A stretch of 64,000 nucleotides of DNA from Paraspadella gotoi (lineage: Eukaryota > Animalia > Chaetognatha): positions 17,857,271 to 17,921,270 of the forward strand of contig CM119265.1 of NCBI GenBank assembly GCA_051294375.1, written 5' to 3'. Shown piece by piece: positions 19,057 to 33,036 of this stretch (the first letter of the stretch is position 1; each line of letters starts with the position of its first letter). The notes beneath the pieces were generated by a model. The model saw only the letters and a program-made list of their open reading frames with translations, had not been told where the DNA came from and did no database searches. The translations under genes and the position numbers were made by a program.

Positions 19057-20193
19057 GATGTGGCTACATAGAAAAGTTTCATGCTAAATCTTTGGAAAAA
19101 AAAAGAATCAGCCTTTACGCTAAAAAGCATCTTCTCCACATGTGAACCCGATTCAGAAGATTCACCACGACACCTTTGTGGGATTTTGAATCACCTGCAT
19201 CACCGGCCTCATATGCATCACCTTTTTCCAGCCGATGAAACCACACAAATTTAATTTCAATGACAAGCCGCAATCCTTTAAACAAACCGAAAAACCTATT
19301 CAAGCTTACCAATGAATTACTCCGTTCTAACATATTGATGCTCTTGTGGGCCTCCCGTTTTCGGCCCTACCACGCGATTCGGGCCGTAAATTACGGCGAC
19401 AAAACGACAAAACAAAAGAAGAAATAAACGAGAATAGAAACGAGAAGGAATCGAAGCCTTTCGTCGTAAACAGAGCGAGGAGGCGGAGGCGGCGGGAAAA
19501 CGAGCGGACGCCGAGAAGAGCAGCGGGAGTTTCGACGCTCGTTACGCGTCTTTGCGAAGAACGAGGCCGTCTGCTACGGGCGTGACGACTGACGAGAAAC
19601 GAAAGATTGCCGTGTCTAGTAGACTGTCTACTGTCTAGCTCTGCCACGATTTTGCGGATGCTCTGTGAATGATCTCTGTATTGAATATTTAAGTTCCAGT
19701 TATTTAACGTTATTTATTAATAATTTTAATATGTTGCAAGAGGGATGGAGGACTTAAGCCACTATTGTCCGTAACATGTCAAAGGTCAGAGACAAGATAG
19801 CTTATTTATTCATATGTATTGTAAAATTTCAAAAAAATGTTTAAAATAATTTAGAATATCATTTTAGGCCCTACTGTAATAGTAGTGTAATATAGTTTAT
19901 AGTGGCAAATCCAACGTTTAACTCTTTACTACGAGGATGCGGCTGAGTCGGCAGCGGCGGCGTCGCCAGCGGGCGAGGCGCTCAAAGTCGTTTACTCGCA
20001 TGAATTTATTTGAATTTATTCCCCGGCTTCGAAGGAGATAAAATAAAATAAAATAAAAATTCTCGATCAAAGCGGAAACTGAATCTAAGATGAGATCCGC
20101 ACATCAAAGAACATGGGCGACGCCGCTCTCGGCTGCCCCTGCCGCCTCTGAAGCCCCTGCGGCGCGCAGCCTCGGCCGTTTCCGGCTGCCCCT

Positions 20194-20208
20194 GACACGA
20201 GGGGGCGC
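20194..20208 (+). promoter_or_regulatory. CTCF-like motif
   Basis: GACACGAGGGGGCGC resembles the bilaterian CTCF core CCACNAGGGGGCGC. This is a motif match only. Confidence 0.25.
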
Positions 20209-21260
20209 CGCAGCCGCCAATCCTCACAGTCGACGACGCCGAAGAAGAAACGACGATCAGGACGAAAAGATCACAAGGAAGTGAAGAAAAATAAAAGGAT
20301 TATGAAAATAAAGAAAGAAAGAAAGAAAGAAATAAAGAAACAAAGAAACAAAGAAACAAAGAAACAAAGAAGAAACAAAATAAAAATGACGTTATTCAAC
20401 ACAATACTTGACATTCATAAATTAATTCATCTAATTCTTTTAAGTAGTTAAATGGTTCACATACAAAAAAAAATTACAGTAATTTTGCTTCTTTCAGTTT
20501 GCCGTTCATTTACAAGTTCCTCTTTTTTTCGTTTTTATTTTTTTCCGTCGTGGCGCTGAATTCGTTTTATTCTCCGACGAACAAAATGGAAACGGCGACA
20601 CAAAAACCCCATTAGAGCCTCAGCGTCAATTCTGACGTCGAGTTTCTCTGACGAAAAGAAAAGATTTTTTCTTTTGCTATTTATTATTTATTTAGATTTT
20701 CTGATGCGATTATGAAATTATATTTTTTTCCCGATTTTAGAATAACTGCTCACTAAATAACTATGGCTAAATTAAACATTGAATCTTTCCTTTTTGTAGT
20801 CATCATTCTGCATCAATAAATAATTTGATATTAATTTTATTTCACATATTCAATAATCATAACTTTATTTCCAGTAAAATTAAACCGATAAAGTGCACAT
20901 GTAATATCTCTTCGATATAGTTCAACGTCCGGGCATGAGGACAGCCGGGTCATTTTCTTCCTACCTCAGTTTCTCTTTTCCTCTGGACCTTTTTTTTTCA
21001 GCAAGTTCCCGAGAAATCGATTTTTTCAAATTGGCGCCAATTTCTGAGGATTCTGCACGCATCCGGTCGGAATGGGAGGGGGGGAGAGAGGCCATGGAAA
21101 GAGAAAGGAGAGACACAGAGAGAGATTGTGAAAGACAGAAAGGAGAGAAAGAGAGTCAGACTGAAGAGAGGGCTTTCAGAATCACCGCTCCGACCTCTTC
21201 ATAAAACAGAAATGGCGAGAAAAGGAGAGGAAAAAAACAGACAGTAGAGCGGTAAAAAAG

Positions 21261-21302
<42 letters not shown>

Positions 21303-21311
21303 AGGAGAGAG

Positions 21312-21351
<40 letters not shown>

Positions 21352-21498
21352 AAGATGAATTGGAAAGAAAAGAAAGAGCATGGCAGCAAACAGACTCGTT
21401 ATCACGATATAACTTAGCGCGTGATTTTTCCCCCAGGACTCACTCCGACTTCAAAAACAATTTCCTCTCGAGAATTCAAACTCTTCTTAGCCCGGGAA

Positions 21499-21533
<35 letters not shown>

Positions 21534-23206
21534 GAGTGAGATCTGCACCTACCGACTAAATAAAGGATTCCAATAAAGAAAAGAAGTCGATGAAGAGAAT
21601 GTTAACTGGAAGCCCGGTTGCCCCAGTGGCGTTGCTTCCATATGTTTTCATGGGGTAGCGTTAGGCGAAGACTGCTGGGGCGCGATAACATCTCCAAGCG
21701 GCCAATTTAGCGCCCCTCGCCATTCCAGGCATTATCGACGTCGTCGTCGTCGTCGTCGTCGCCGTCGTTCAGCTTTTGATTAATCTTAGAAATGCAATTA
21801 GGCTTGACTTTCATCCAATCCTTTTCGTAGCAACACAGATAGGGTTCGCGCGCGACGACCGGTTTGAGTGTGACGGACGTTCCGGTAGCAAAAGACCAAG
21901 TCTCCCCTATGGAGATCCAAGATCCACAGATCCAATTACATACTTTGTAAGTTAAAACTTGTCAAGCGAAAAAAGTTCAAGCAACATATAACGAAATCCC
22001 CCCGTCAGCGACGATGCGATCATTCTCGTGGGTTTATCGTCAATCGCCCACTCGACCGAGCCGATCGCGTCCCTTCATTACGCCAAAGGATCTCCCCCGT
22101 CCAATCAAATCAGGAATCGCTGCTCTCAACGAATCAGGGCTTCGTAATTCGCGACGGCTTTCGTTCTCAGGTGAATTACGCGCCTCGTTTTCGATGCTCT
22201 TTCGTTTTATGGACGATTTCGATCGGATTTCCATTTCGTTTTATCTTTTATTTTGATTAGATTTCCTCCTTTCGTCCGTCACATCTGTTTAGGTCGAAAT
22301 TTGTTCCCCTTTTGCTTATCTCGTTTTCCAGACGTTAGTAGAAACCCCCAAGGCCCACACTCTCTTGAAAATCAGTTATTGAAATACTAATCTAATACGT
22401 CTTTGAATCTCCGCAATCTCTATATATCTGCCCTAATATCTGACCTAATAATCGTCTTACTTGACTCATCACTTCTACCTTCTCTCACCCACCTTTCCTT
22501 TCCTCAACCCATTCACGTCAGCGTCACGCCATTAAACGCGGAAGGTTGAGTAATCCCATCTAATGTTTTTTTGTTTATTTGTTTTTTTTGTTTTTTTTTT
22601 TTAATCAAGCGACTAGAATTTGACTTTATTTCTTTCGACAATTTCACGGTTGACTTACTTTACCAAGATGTTTTACTTTTGATTTGTCATTTCTTTTTTT
22701 TCAGCAATTCATAATAAATAACAACATTTTACTAACTCTGCCTACATACGGATTTTCTCCTTTACCCATTTACATCCGGGAGGTCCAATTAGCGAGCGCC
22801 GAAGGAACAGACGGCGGACCAGTCCCGCTTTTGGAAGCAAGATGGAGGGGGGATAAAGTGAGAATTTCTCGCCGGCTGTGTGATTGAGGAGACTGTGCTA
22901 TGCAATGGAACGGTGAGGAAAGCGAGATTGCATGGAGTGATAAGCCGTTTGCAAACGCCACGGGAGTGAATACTTTGTAGAGTGGCAGCGCGCGCGGGGA
23001 GCGAAATAAAAATCAGAGATTGCGTCCGAAGAATTATTTTACGACCTCGAGGCTTGTTAAGAGGCGCAGATGTGGACGGCCGATGAATAGTGTTTGATTT
23101 ATTGAGGAAAAAAATCTTAAAAGTATAGTGATCTCGCCAGATGTTACTATCAAAGAAAATAAATGAAAAAATTTATAAAAAAAAACGAATTATTGTGATG
23201 TAATAC

Positions 23207-23505
23207 TAATTGATTGGTTGATGTAATAGTAATTGATGAATTGATGTAATAGTGATTGATTGATTGATGTAATAGTAATTTATTGATTTATTTAATAGTA
23301 ATTTTTTGATGCGATGATAACCAATAATTAATAGGATAATAACCAAATAATTGATGCGATGATAATCATCCATTGATGCAATGATAGTCATTCATTGATG
23401 CAATAATAGTTATTCATTATTACAATGATAATCATTCATTGATACTATGATCGTTATTCATTGATGTGATGATAGTTATTCATTGATGCGATGATAGTCA
23501 TTCAG
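23207..23505. repeat. Degenerate ~22-bp minisatellite (ATTCATTGATGCRATGATAGTY)
   Basis: Tandem units are visible, e.g. CATTGATGCAATGATAGTCATT, CATTGATGCAATAATAGTTATT, CATTGATGTGATGATAGTTATT, CATTGATGCGATGATAGTCATT. Confidence 0.85.
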
Positions 23506-25394
23506 AGTATCGACCTTAAGCCGTGCCAGTGGCGTCACAAATATTTTTTTATTTTCACGTTGACCTTTTCCCTCGAATTATTTTGGTCAACAACGTAGGT
23601 TTTTTTTTCGTCTCTCTCCGCGTCATCGTCTTTGTCGGCTGCGGGTGTCGGTTTTGGTAGTTGGGGCATTAGAAATGACAGCAGAGTCAGCGGTGGCGGG
23701 AGCGACGACGATGACGACGACGACGAGGGCGACAATGCTTCATCAGCGGAAACCGGTGAATCATCGTTGAATCTTCCCGAAAAAAAAAATGGAGTTTGGA
23801 ATTTCATCAAAAATCGCGATTAATTGATTCGGCGACTCTGGCCTTTAGTGTCTGTTCATGACACTGATCCGTGTTGCACAACGAACAATGGTCATTCTGT
23901 TTTAAAGGGCAATTGATTTTTGGCTCGATTCACTTTGACTGCTTCGAGAAGAAAGCAAATCAATTGGTGGAAAAAGGGAAGAAATCCAGACTAAGGTTAC
24001 AAAAAATAAATAAGGTAGAAAAAGTAAAAAAAGGTGGCGGGAAAGAAATGTAAGGTTAATTACAAGGGGAGAAAGAGTAAAAGATAAATTGGTGCTTTAA
24101 ATTTGTTCAGATGAAAAAAACCATTAATTGAAAAAGGAAAAAAAATAAAGGAGACCAACTGTAAAAAAAATAGAGGTAAAATATAATATAATAATCAAAT
24201 GCACGAGGAAGAATATAAATAATGCGAACCCTAAGAGCCCCTTTGAACTCTCAAGGTCAACCGACGAGGTCAGCCGGGCGGCGGGAAATCTCGCTCCCGA
24301 CGACGAGGTCAAATGTTCTGTTTTCACGCCGAGCGGAGCGGAAGGAGACCCGGGCCCCGATATCCGTATATATATTTTCTTTTTTATTCGGATATACGCC
24401 CACGCGTCGGATTAATATCTGTGAGGCTTGAAACGTGTGATGAAAATGAAACGATTGGGACACCACCTCATACCCTTGCAGGTTTAACCCGGATGTTGTT
24501 TAACAACTAACCAAATCCAATTCTTCTTGAAAACGCAAAACCAAAAGCTCGCATCTGATTTTTATAGAAAATATAAGATAACATGATAAATTGAGAACAA
24601 AAACAGATGATTTTATTCGCTCTTGGATTTCGTACTTTGGATTTGCTCCCGGAGACTATGCGAAAAAAATTTAGAATGACGTAAATAAAAGCCGCCCAAA
24701 GTCTAAAAAAAAATTAAGTTAAGCATTTTAAATGTGGTGATAAAATATTTTCACATGAACAACAAAATCACTATCATGGACAGATTTACTCTGATTATAA
24801 TTATATCAAATTAATAAAGAAATCTTTTGCTTTTATTCGCATTGTAGTAGAAAAGAACAAAAACGATAATCATAATAATGTTATGGGTTTTTCATGGATG
24901 ATATCGGCCGAAAAGAGGTTGAAGGAATTTGATTGAGGCTTGGAGGACGGAAGAGAGGGGAAGCGAGATTTCCGCCAATGAATATGTGTGTGTGAGAGAG
25001 AGAGTGAGCGAGAGAGAAAGAGAAAGAGAAAGAGAGAGAGAGAGAGAGAGTGGATTTTCCCAACGAACCTCTGAAACCTTTGCTAATGGAAAACCGAGTG
25101 TAGACGGAACTCAAATATAAAAAAGCTACAAGACTGGAGCGAACTATATTTTTTTTCACAACCGAGTGGTTCGTGAGAATAAATGTCAAAGAGGTTGTCA
25201 AATGCGATGCAAGTGCGGCTAATAAAAATTGGAGCCAAAGAGCCTCGTTTGTTGAAAGCTGACGAATTCCTTAGGTGGTTAAGTTGACTTGTAAATTAGT
25301 TATTTTACAATTAAAATGTCTGCGAGGTAGTTGCTAACCTTCGGGGTGTTTTTTCGGGCTCGGGAGATAAAAATAGCTCCAGGGACGATACCTT

Positions 25395-25441
<47 letters not shown>

Positions 25442-28400
25442 TTATTCAAATCTCCTGCTCTCTCGTTTTCTTCACCTTTTTTCTCCTTCCTTTCCCCTCT
25501 CCATGTTACTCTCGGTCTCAGCTTGACCGATAAAGAAAAAGCCCCCCCCAAGCAGAAAGAAAGCATTTTCGAACTAAAAAGCTTTTATGTTCCTTTTCAT
25601 TCAAAAAAAAATATCTGTCAACTGTCGTTTCGACTGCGGGACAAGTGACAACCAACGGCCCCAACAGACAGATAAAATGTCCGCCCTAAAACGAAATAAA
25701 GAAAAAAACTCTTTCTCGTGTTTTCTCTCGGGGAACATTGAAAACAATCGTGAGGAAATTCCGTTGACCATATGGGAGGACGCATTCGACAACGACGCCG
25801 TTAGATTCATCGAAAGAGATTCATCACCCGAAACGAGAGATTCATGACGCGAAACAAGAGATTCATCGCGTTAAAACGTGAAATTCAACGCGCGACCGCC
25901 CCCCCCTCATTCGCCCTCCCCTTCCAATCCATCGCCCACCTTCGTCCGCCACTCAGAAATAAAGGGATCCTCGTGGGGTCGTTTCACCTTTGACCCTCGA
26001 ACCCGGGGCGACCCTTTTTCCGCGTCGCGTGTTGGCGCCGCCTCTTCTCTGACCCGGAAGCGCGATCTCGCGCGCTCCGGACGCGAGGAGGGGGGGGTCG
26101 GCGAACGTATAAGCGAAGCACGCGAAGAAGACCTCCCCGCCAAAATCTCATTCGCGTCGAAAGAAGGTGGCGACTGGTGACGTGATCTAGGTGGAGTTGA
26201 ACACGCGAGGGAAGATTCGTTGTTGAGTAGGTAGGATTTTTCTTTTTTTTCGCTCAAAGGCGATTGGAACAAACGGTGGAACTGGCTGCCGAGTTTGTTT
26301 GTTTGTTTACGCGACCTTTTTCTTCACTCGCGGGTCACACTATCGCCGCTCGCGCGAAAGGGGGAAGGGGCAACTCCTGTGTCTTTGACAGGAGCATTCC
26401 CCAAACAATGCCAAGTCACTCGCCATGCATCGTCTTTTCTGTCACGGGGCGGACATCGGTCAGTGTTTCCATCGGCCGGCCGTCGTCACCAACTCGGATC
26501 TCACGCGATGGTACTTTTTCTATTTCATTTGTGGGAAAGGGGGTGAAGTGAGAAGTGAGTTAGGGGCGTACGTGCCTTGTTATGGGTGGAGATATTTAGG
26601 ACGTCACGCTACATTGGTCACGACCAACAGCGTCTCACCAGGCTCTTAATTTTAACCCATTATCCTCGTAGCCAGAGAGGTAAAACATCACTACCCATCA
26701 CCACATCGCTTCGTTTGCACAGGAGTGCAAATCGGATCGAGGGCAAAACTGGACAGAAAATTACGAAGGAATTCGAATTGAATCGACAATGGACAATATC
26801 AATTGGGTCTTTTGGATGGTCTTTTTTTATTTTCGTATGTACTATGTACTATGTAGAGCTTGACTGAGTTCAACGTTAATGAAAATATCCGCGTAGAAAT
26901 CAAAACAGAATGAAAAGTGATTCATGATCATGGGAGAGCATCGTGTATTCGCCTCACGATCCGCAGATGCTGCGTGATGCCGTCAACGATGCGAACCCAG
27001 TGACAGGTTTTGCGTGGATCACGTGACAGGTTCGGCGCGTATCACGTGACGAGCGTTTGTTCGACACCGGTTTATCGAAACGGAGGCATTAAATTCAAAG
27101 AGGAAAACAGATTTATAATTTTTGGCAGGAACGACGACGTCGACGACGACGACAACGGCCTCACGTTCCTTTCTCCCCAGCGTTCACGAGATTTTCACCC
27201 CGGGTAGGTGAAGCGAGTGAGTGAGAATCCTTCGGGCGTTTTACGAAACTCACTCAACGCGCGAGTGAAACATGAAGCGTCAGTTTGTTTGTTGACAACC
27301 GAAGATCAAAATTTCTTTTTTTTTTTAACGACCCCAGTTCTCTCACCCGCAAATATCATGTTTTTTTCTTAACTGAACTTTCACTGTCGAGAATCTTACC
27401 AGTTTTACCTGAATTCTTTAGCCTGAGGCATGATAAGAGTAGACAAAATGTTATCGGAAATATTCCTTTTGAAATTGGTAAAACCAAAATAAAATTATCC
27501 ATTCATTCGATGAATAAATCTTTACTTTAAACAGGTTATTGCGGGGACATCTAGATTCCTCTTACACTTGCAGTCTAGATTAATAAGTACCTGGATTCCT
27601 TATCAATGAAATGGAATAATGTTTTTTTATGAACAGTTGTGGCAAGTAAATGGGACGAGGTTCGGATCGAGAATGATTTTATTCTCCAACAACAAATACA
27701 AAAATCAACAAGTGAAAATGCTAAGTCAAAAACAGTAAACAATAACTTTACAAGTGAGAAAGAGAAAGTTCGACCAGAGTTCTTGATCTGATAAGTTCGC
27801 GTGTTGTTATTGCCGCACAGCATCAATTTGACGTAAGTAGTATTATATTGTACTCCTTACTAGCATCAAAATACAAAGAGCTTATTTTTCGAGTAAGTAG
27901 CCTCATATATCCCCAATAAGCGAGCATGATTCTTTGAAAATAAATTAATTCGCAAAAACGAAAATTCTAAAATCTAAAATAAAACTTTGTCGATTTTCGT
28001 TCTTTATTCAGGCCTGGCAGCGAATCGCGATTTCGCATTTCGGGAGAGTAATTAAACCGGAAAAGCAAACATTTACGCCGCCGATCGAAGCGGCGACGTC
28101 AAACGGGCGCCGCCGACGCCGCTCGTCCGAACAGCGCCGGGATTTTTTGGCCGACGCCGTCAGCAAATTACCCTACGAACGTCGGCTCCGCTTTGGAGTG
28201 GCGGCCGAGAATTCGTCGCGTTCGGGAGTTGGGCGCTGATTTTTTCCAAAAATCGACTGAGGGTAGTTTGGAGCCGTCATTTCCAGCGGTCGGCCGGGGC
28301 CGCATTGGCCGAATCGGAATCGGCCGGCATCCGGCGTTATCGGCCGGTTTCTCTCGCCACCAGCCGACTGCTGGTACATACAATTGACCGGGAATTTCCC

Positions 28401-29609
28401 TTTTCTTTCTCTCGATTTCCTCTTTTGTCCGCTGAAAAAGTAATTTTCGCCTCGTCCAAAACGGTCTTATACAGTCCCGACTGTATAATCCGTTTCGCTC
28501 TTTATTGTCGCGTTGACAGCTCGATACGGACGATCGCAGTTTATTACACTGTACTGTCATCTGGCGAATATATTGGTATTTTGCGGCATTCTGATTTTGG
28601 CAAAGAGATTTGGATGTAGCGTCTTTCGACGTAGGGAGGCTACGTCGTGGCCTTGGATCCCTTTTTCCTTTTCATTTTCTTTCTTTTCTTTCTTTTTCTT
28701 TCCTTTCTTTTTTCTGCTTTCTTTTCTATCCAATTTTCTCTTCTTTATTTCGTTGCTTTCGGAACGAGAGAGGAATTCTGATACATTCCTTTGCCTTGGC
28801 CTTTCCGGTCAAATATCTGTTTTCTGAATTACAAACAAAAAAGTAATATATTTGGTATCACAAACAACCCATCTTGGGCCATCGTTCTTTTTTTTTTTTG
28901 GCCCGAAAAATATGGTAAATGGTAAATACCCCAAAGAGCAAGCTATTCCTGTTCCTATTCTGATCATAAACCATAGATCACTTTTGGGCGTCACCAAACT
29001 TCCAATTTTATATTCCTTCCAATATTTATGAAGATATATTTTTTTTCTTCCGCTTTTTCTTCTCTCTCGTCGTTCATTTTTCTATTTAGGGTTTGACTGT
29101 CATAACCGATAATGTTTTTCCCGCTTTTTCCCGGTTTTTCTTTTCGTAATTTTTTTCGACTTTTTTCCCTTCAGGATGTTTTATTTGGGAGGGCGTGGTG
29201 GTTAAGGTGGGTGGTGAAAGTGGTGAAACGGTGCAGCTGGTGCATGTGAAGATGGAATAAATCTGAGAATCCAGTTCCAGCATCTTGTGAGATATGTATT
29301 GGCCGGGAAATCAATCAAGACGTCAAATGAGTCTGGCAGATACGTTTGCGTTTATTCAGGTTGTTGAAAAAGGGGAGAAAAGATTATTACCAGCTCAAAA
29401 TTGTGCCTGAAAATGTACATCTCTCATTATCTGATTTAAAGTGGGGGGTTTTTCTTCGAAAATATTTACGATTATTTGAATTCAACTCTTCACTGATAAC
29501 CACCATCATCACCTCTCGTGAACGCCTAATTTGAAGCGTGATTTTTTTTGCAGATTCGTACAATTTACGCACACGAACAAACGACGGAAGTTCGTGGCGC
29601 CGAAAAAAC

Positions 29610-29657
<48 letters not shown>

Positions 29658-29811
29658 AGAGAGGAGAGAGAGAGAGAGAGAAGAGAAGAGAGAGAGAGAA
29701 GAGATAGGCTCAATATATCGACTCACCCTTCTTGGTCGAATGCGTCAGCTTCCTCTTCCATGACGTCGTTCGACAACTGTTTCTAGGAAATCTTCGTCAT
29801 CGTCGTCCGCC

Positions 29812-30753
29812 TCAAAAACGGGATTGTCCTCTCCCCCTGCCCCTGCCCCTGCCCCGGCCGACCCTTTTTCCTCCTCCTCTCCCTCCATCCCTTCCTCCTC
29901 CTCCTCCCCCTCCTTCCTCCCCCGCTTGGAGGGTCCAGTCGCCGGGTTGTCGAAATGCCAGGCGATCGGCGACGGCGTCACGCGGCCGCCGCTTCCGTCG
30001 CGAGGAATTCCGGTGAAGTCCGCCACCACGCGGGAGGATGTCTCTCTGACGGTGTGTGGGGGGGAAGGGCGAAAGGGCAATGGGAGAGAGAGAGAGAGAG
30101 AGAGGGGAAGGAGAAAGTGAGAGAGAAAAGAGAAAGGTGGAAAGATAAGTAGAAGGTAAGAAAGAAAGATCGTCAGTTCTACATACGAATTTGCATATTA
30201 ATTTAACAGTTCCATAATGATGAGAAAAAAATGAGCTTTCTTACAAGACAAAGTGTCGGAGACGTTTTCCTAATCCAGGGGCCCGAGACGCTCGATTTGC
30301 CGCCACCTGAAAAAACATGGCGGAGAATTATAAACGTGTAAGCCGATGTAACTTTACAGATATGATTCTTTTATAAATTTTAAAATAATAATTAATTATT
30401 TTTTTCGAACGTCGAACCCCCTCACCGAAACGGAGGGCAAAACGCCAGCGGGCCCGCCTCTTCCATAAGGGGATATGTTGAAGCGTTGTTGAAACTGTTG
30501 CTGCAGCAACTGCTGCTGGTACAGCAGTTGCTGGTGCGGGTTGAGGTTTCTCAGTTGTTGTAACTGTTCTTGCTGTATGCACGGTTGTCGTTCCGGCGTT
30601 GATGGTTGTTGCAACTGTTGCTGTTGTTCTTGCAGTTCTCCTGGCGGCTGCTGCTGTTGCTGATCTCCAGAACTGACGCTTACAGATCCCCAGACCACCC
30701 TCTGTCCGGAAGCTGCTCGTGATGGAGACGGCGAACTCATTTTCGGTAATTTT
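29812..30753 (-). CDS. Putative exons of a low-complexity Gln-rich protein
   Basis: Exon 30753-30426 has acceptor TTTTCTCCAG and donor GTGAGG and encodes MSSPSPS...QQQQQPPGELQEQQQQLQQ...QQQLLQQQFQQRF. The next exon follows CCGTCAG at about 30046. In phase 0 it ends GRGRGRGRGRGQSRF* at 29812, but an acidic alternative frame also exists. Confidence 0.4.
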
Positions 30754-31524
30754 CTGGAGAAAATTGCGAATGGAGATTTGATAAACAAAGATGGCCGCCG
30801 ATTCTGTGGCCATGGAAACTCACCCGAAGCCGCGTTATAACTCTTTAGGCGCTGATCGCTCGGAAGACGTGGCCGTTCGAATCCAAAGCCGAGGATCCGC
30901 GCTCTTTTTTTTTGTGGGCAAACGGCGCTGAATGTCAAAGGTGGCGCCGCCGCGACGCCGGCGACGTTCGCGTCGACGCCAGTTTCATTGCCGAGAGTCG
31001 AAAAGAAAGGGGAAGGAAAAAAAGCGGACAGCGCTGAAAGAGCTAATCGGCGTTCACCTAGAGGGATCAAAAAAGGTAAGTTAAGACGTTCACTGCAAAT
31101 GCATTCCTGCCTTAATTAACACTCCGTTCAATGCGGGAGTGAAAAATACGCATCAAGTCAGCATCCAAAGAAGATGGAGAGCTCCTATGTGCACTGCGCA
31201 ACGAGGCACCGTTTTAACAAGGCCCTCACGTGCGAAAATGGGCCGGAAAAAGAATTGCAGAATCAATACCACCCACTTCAGCCTCAACAACAGAAATGGT
31301 GGCGCAATAAAAAAGTCAAGAGAGTTTTCTCGTTTTCCGTCGCGCGGGAGTCTCTTTATGGCCTGGACTCCGCTGGTTAGACCGATCGACAAAATGTTCT
31401 AATAAAATATATTATAATGGGCGATTTTAGTTTTATTGCACGCCAAAAAAGAAAAGGGGGAAAAAATCCCGTTTTAATAATTTATTTGGATCCGGAGGAG
31501 AGAGAGGGACGAGAGATGACGATT

Positions 31525-31555
<31 letters not shown>

Positions 31556-33036
31556 GAGAGAGAGAGAGAGAGATGTAGTATGAGATAAGAGGGAGGATCA
31601 GAGAAGATATGATCGAACCGATTATGTCGCTAATACAAAGAGAAGTGAGAGGAGAAAGGGAAAGAATGTATACATAAATGAGATGCCAAGGAGCAGATGA
31701 GGCGAGAAAGCAGGAGGGGCAGGATACAAGGGAGGGGACGAGTCGGAGGATGGGAGATGGGGAATAAGAGGAGGATCTAAATCAGTGGACGCGAAGGGAG
31801 ATGCGAAAAAGCAAATATACGCCGAAGGGAGAGCGAGGAGAGAGATGAGCCGAAAATGAAGTGGTGATTTACACGTACTACTTGTGTGGGTGGTGAAGAG
31901 AGAGGCCGACGAAAGACGACTGATATAGAAGACGGAGAGAGGGGAAGATGGAGGACCAGACCCGATGAAATTTAAAAAAAAATGATAAGAAAGAGATATC
32001 AAAAACAAAAATAAAACGCAAAAAAATTAGGGAAAATAAAGTAAAGAAATCTTAAAAAAAAATGGGGAAAAAATGGCGAAATGCAAAAAGTAATTGGTAT
32101 TTTCTTTAAACGAGTCTCATTTCCTCAGCAAAGAAATTATCTTTTTAAATACTCTCCCAGTCGCTGAAAAAGCCATTAAATTGAGTGGAGAGATTGTAAT
32201 TAGTCTCGCAAATGTTTTTCGGACTTTTTTCCTCGGAGACGAGAAAGTGAGATGCCAACAGAAATCAAACTGTAGTTAAGTTACAACAAAATTAAAATAA
32301 ATTAAGCAATGAAAACTGATTTCAGAATTAAAATCATTTTTCTCAAAAATTGAAACTTAACAAATATATTTAAAAGCATTCAAGTAATATCGATGTGAAC
32401 ATCACGTGATAAACATCATTCGTTTCACTTTTTCAGCAACCGTGACCGTCACTGCCAGCCCAACCCTTTTCTCTCACCCACACTCACCAAATTCTCAAGG
32501 AGGATCAATTGTTCACGATCGTCATTTCCGGAATTTAAACGTTTTTTTTCTTTTTTGTTTTTCCTTCTTTTTCTTCGCTCCTCTGTTTCTTCTTTGTTTC
32601 GCTCTAATAGAAATCAGCCAAAAACGTTCGCCGGGGTAAGAGTCCGTAGCAAAAAGTGTTGAGAATGTCGTTAAAATTAATTTGTTTTTTTGGGGGATAT
32701 GCCGTTTGTCAGTCGTCGGAAAATTTCGTTGAAATTAAAAAAAAAAACGTTCGCCAGTTTATTTACTTATTTTTAAAAAAATATATCCACGGAAGAACTT
32801 TCAGTTTTCCCCGCAAAATTTTGGAAAAAATTAAAACAAAAAACAAAACAAAAAATGTAAGAAGTCGATTCTTTTTGTTTTTTTGTTTTTTTTTATATTT
32901 CGATCGAAGATCTTTTTTTTTTCCCGCTTCTTCCCCAATGGCTCCTCCGTTGCGGCGACTCCGGAGCCCAGAGTCGGAAGTGGGGACGCCGCGCAAAGTG
33001 AGAAACTCGATTCTCACGAAGACGAGAACTCCACCT

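Noticed and set aside
19589-19625. Minimal hammerhead core CTGACGA-GAAAC-GAAA
   Set aside because: Stem I cannot form and stem III is not consistent between the copies.
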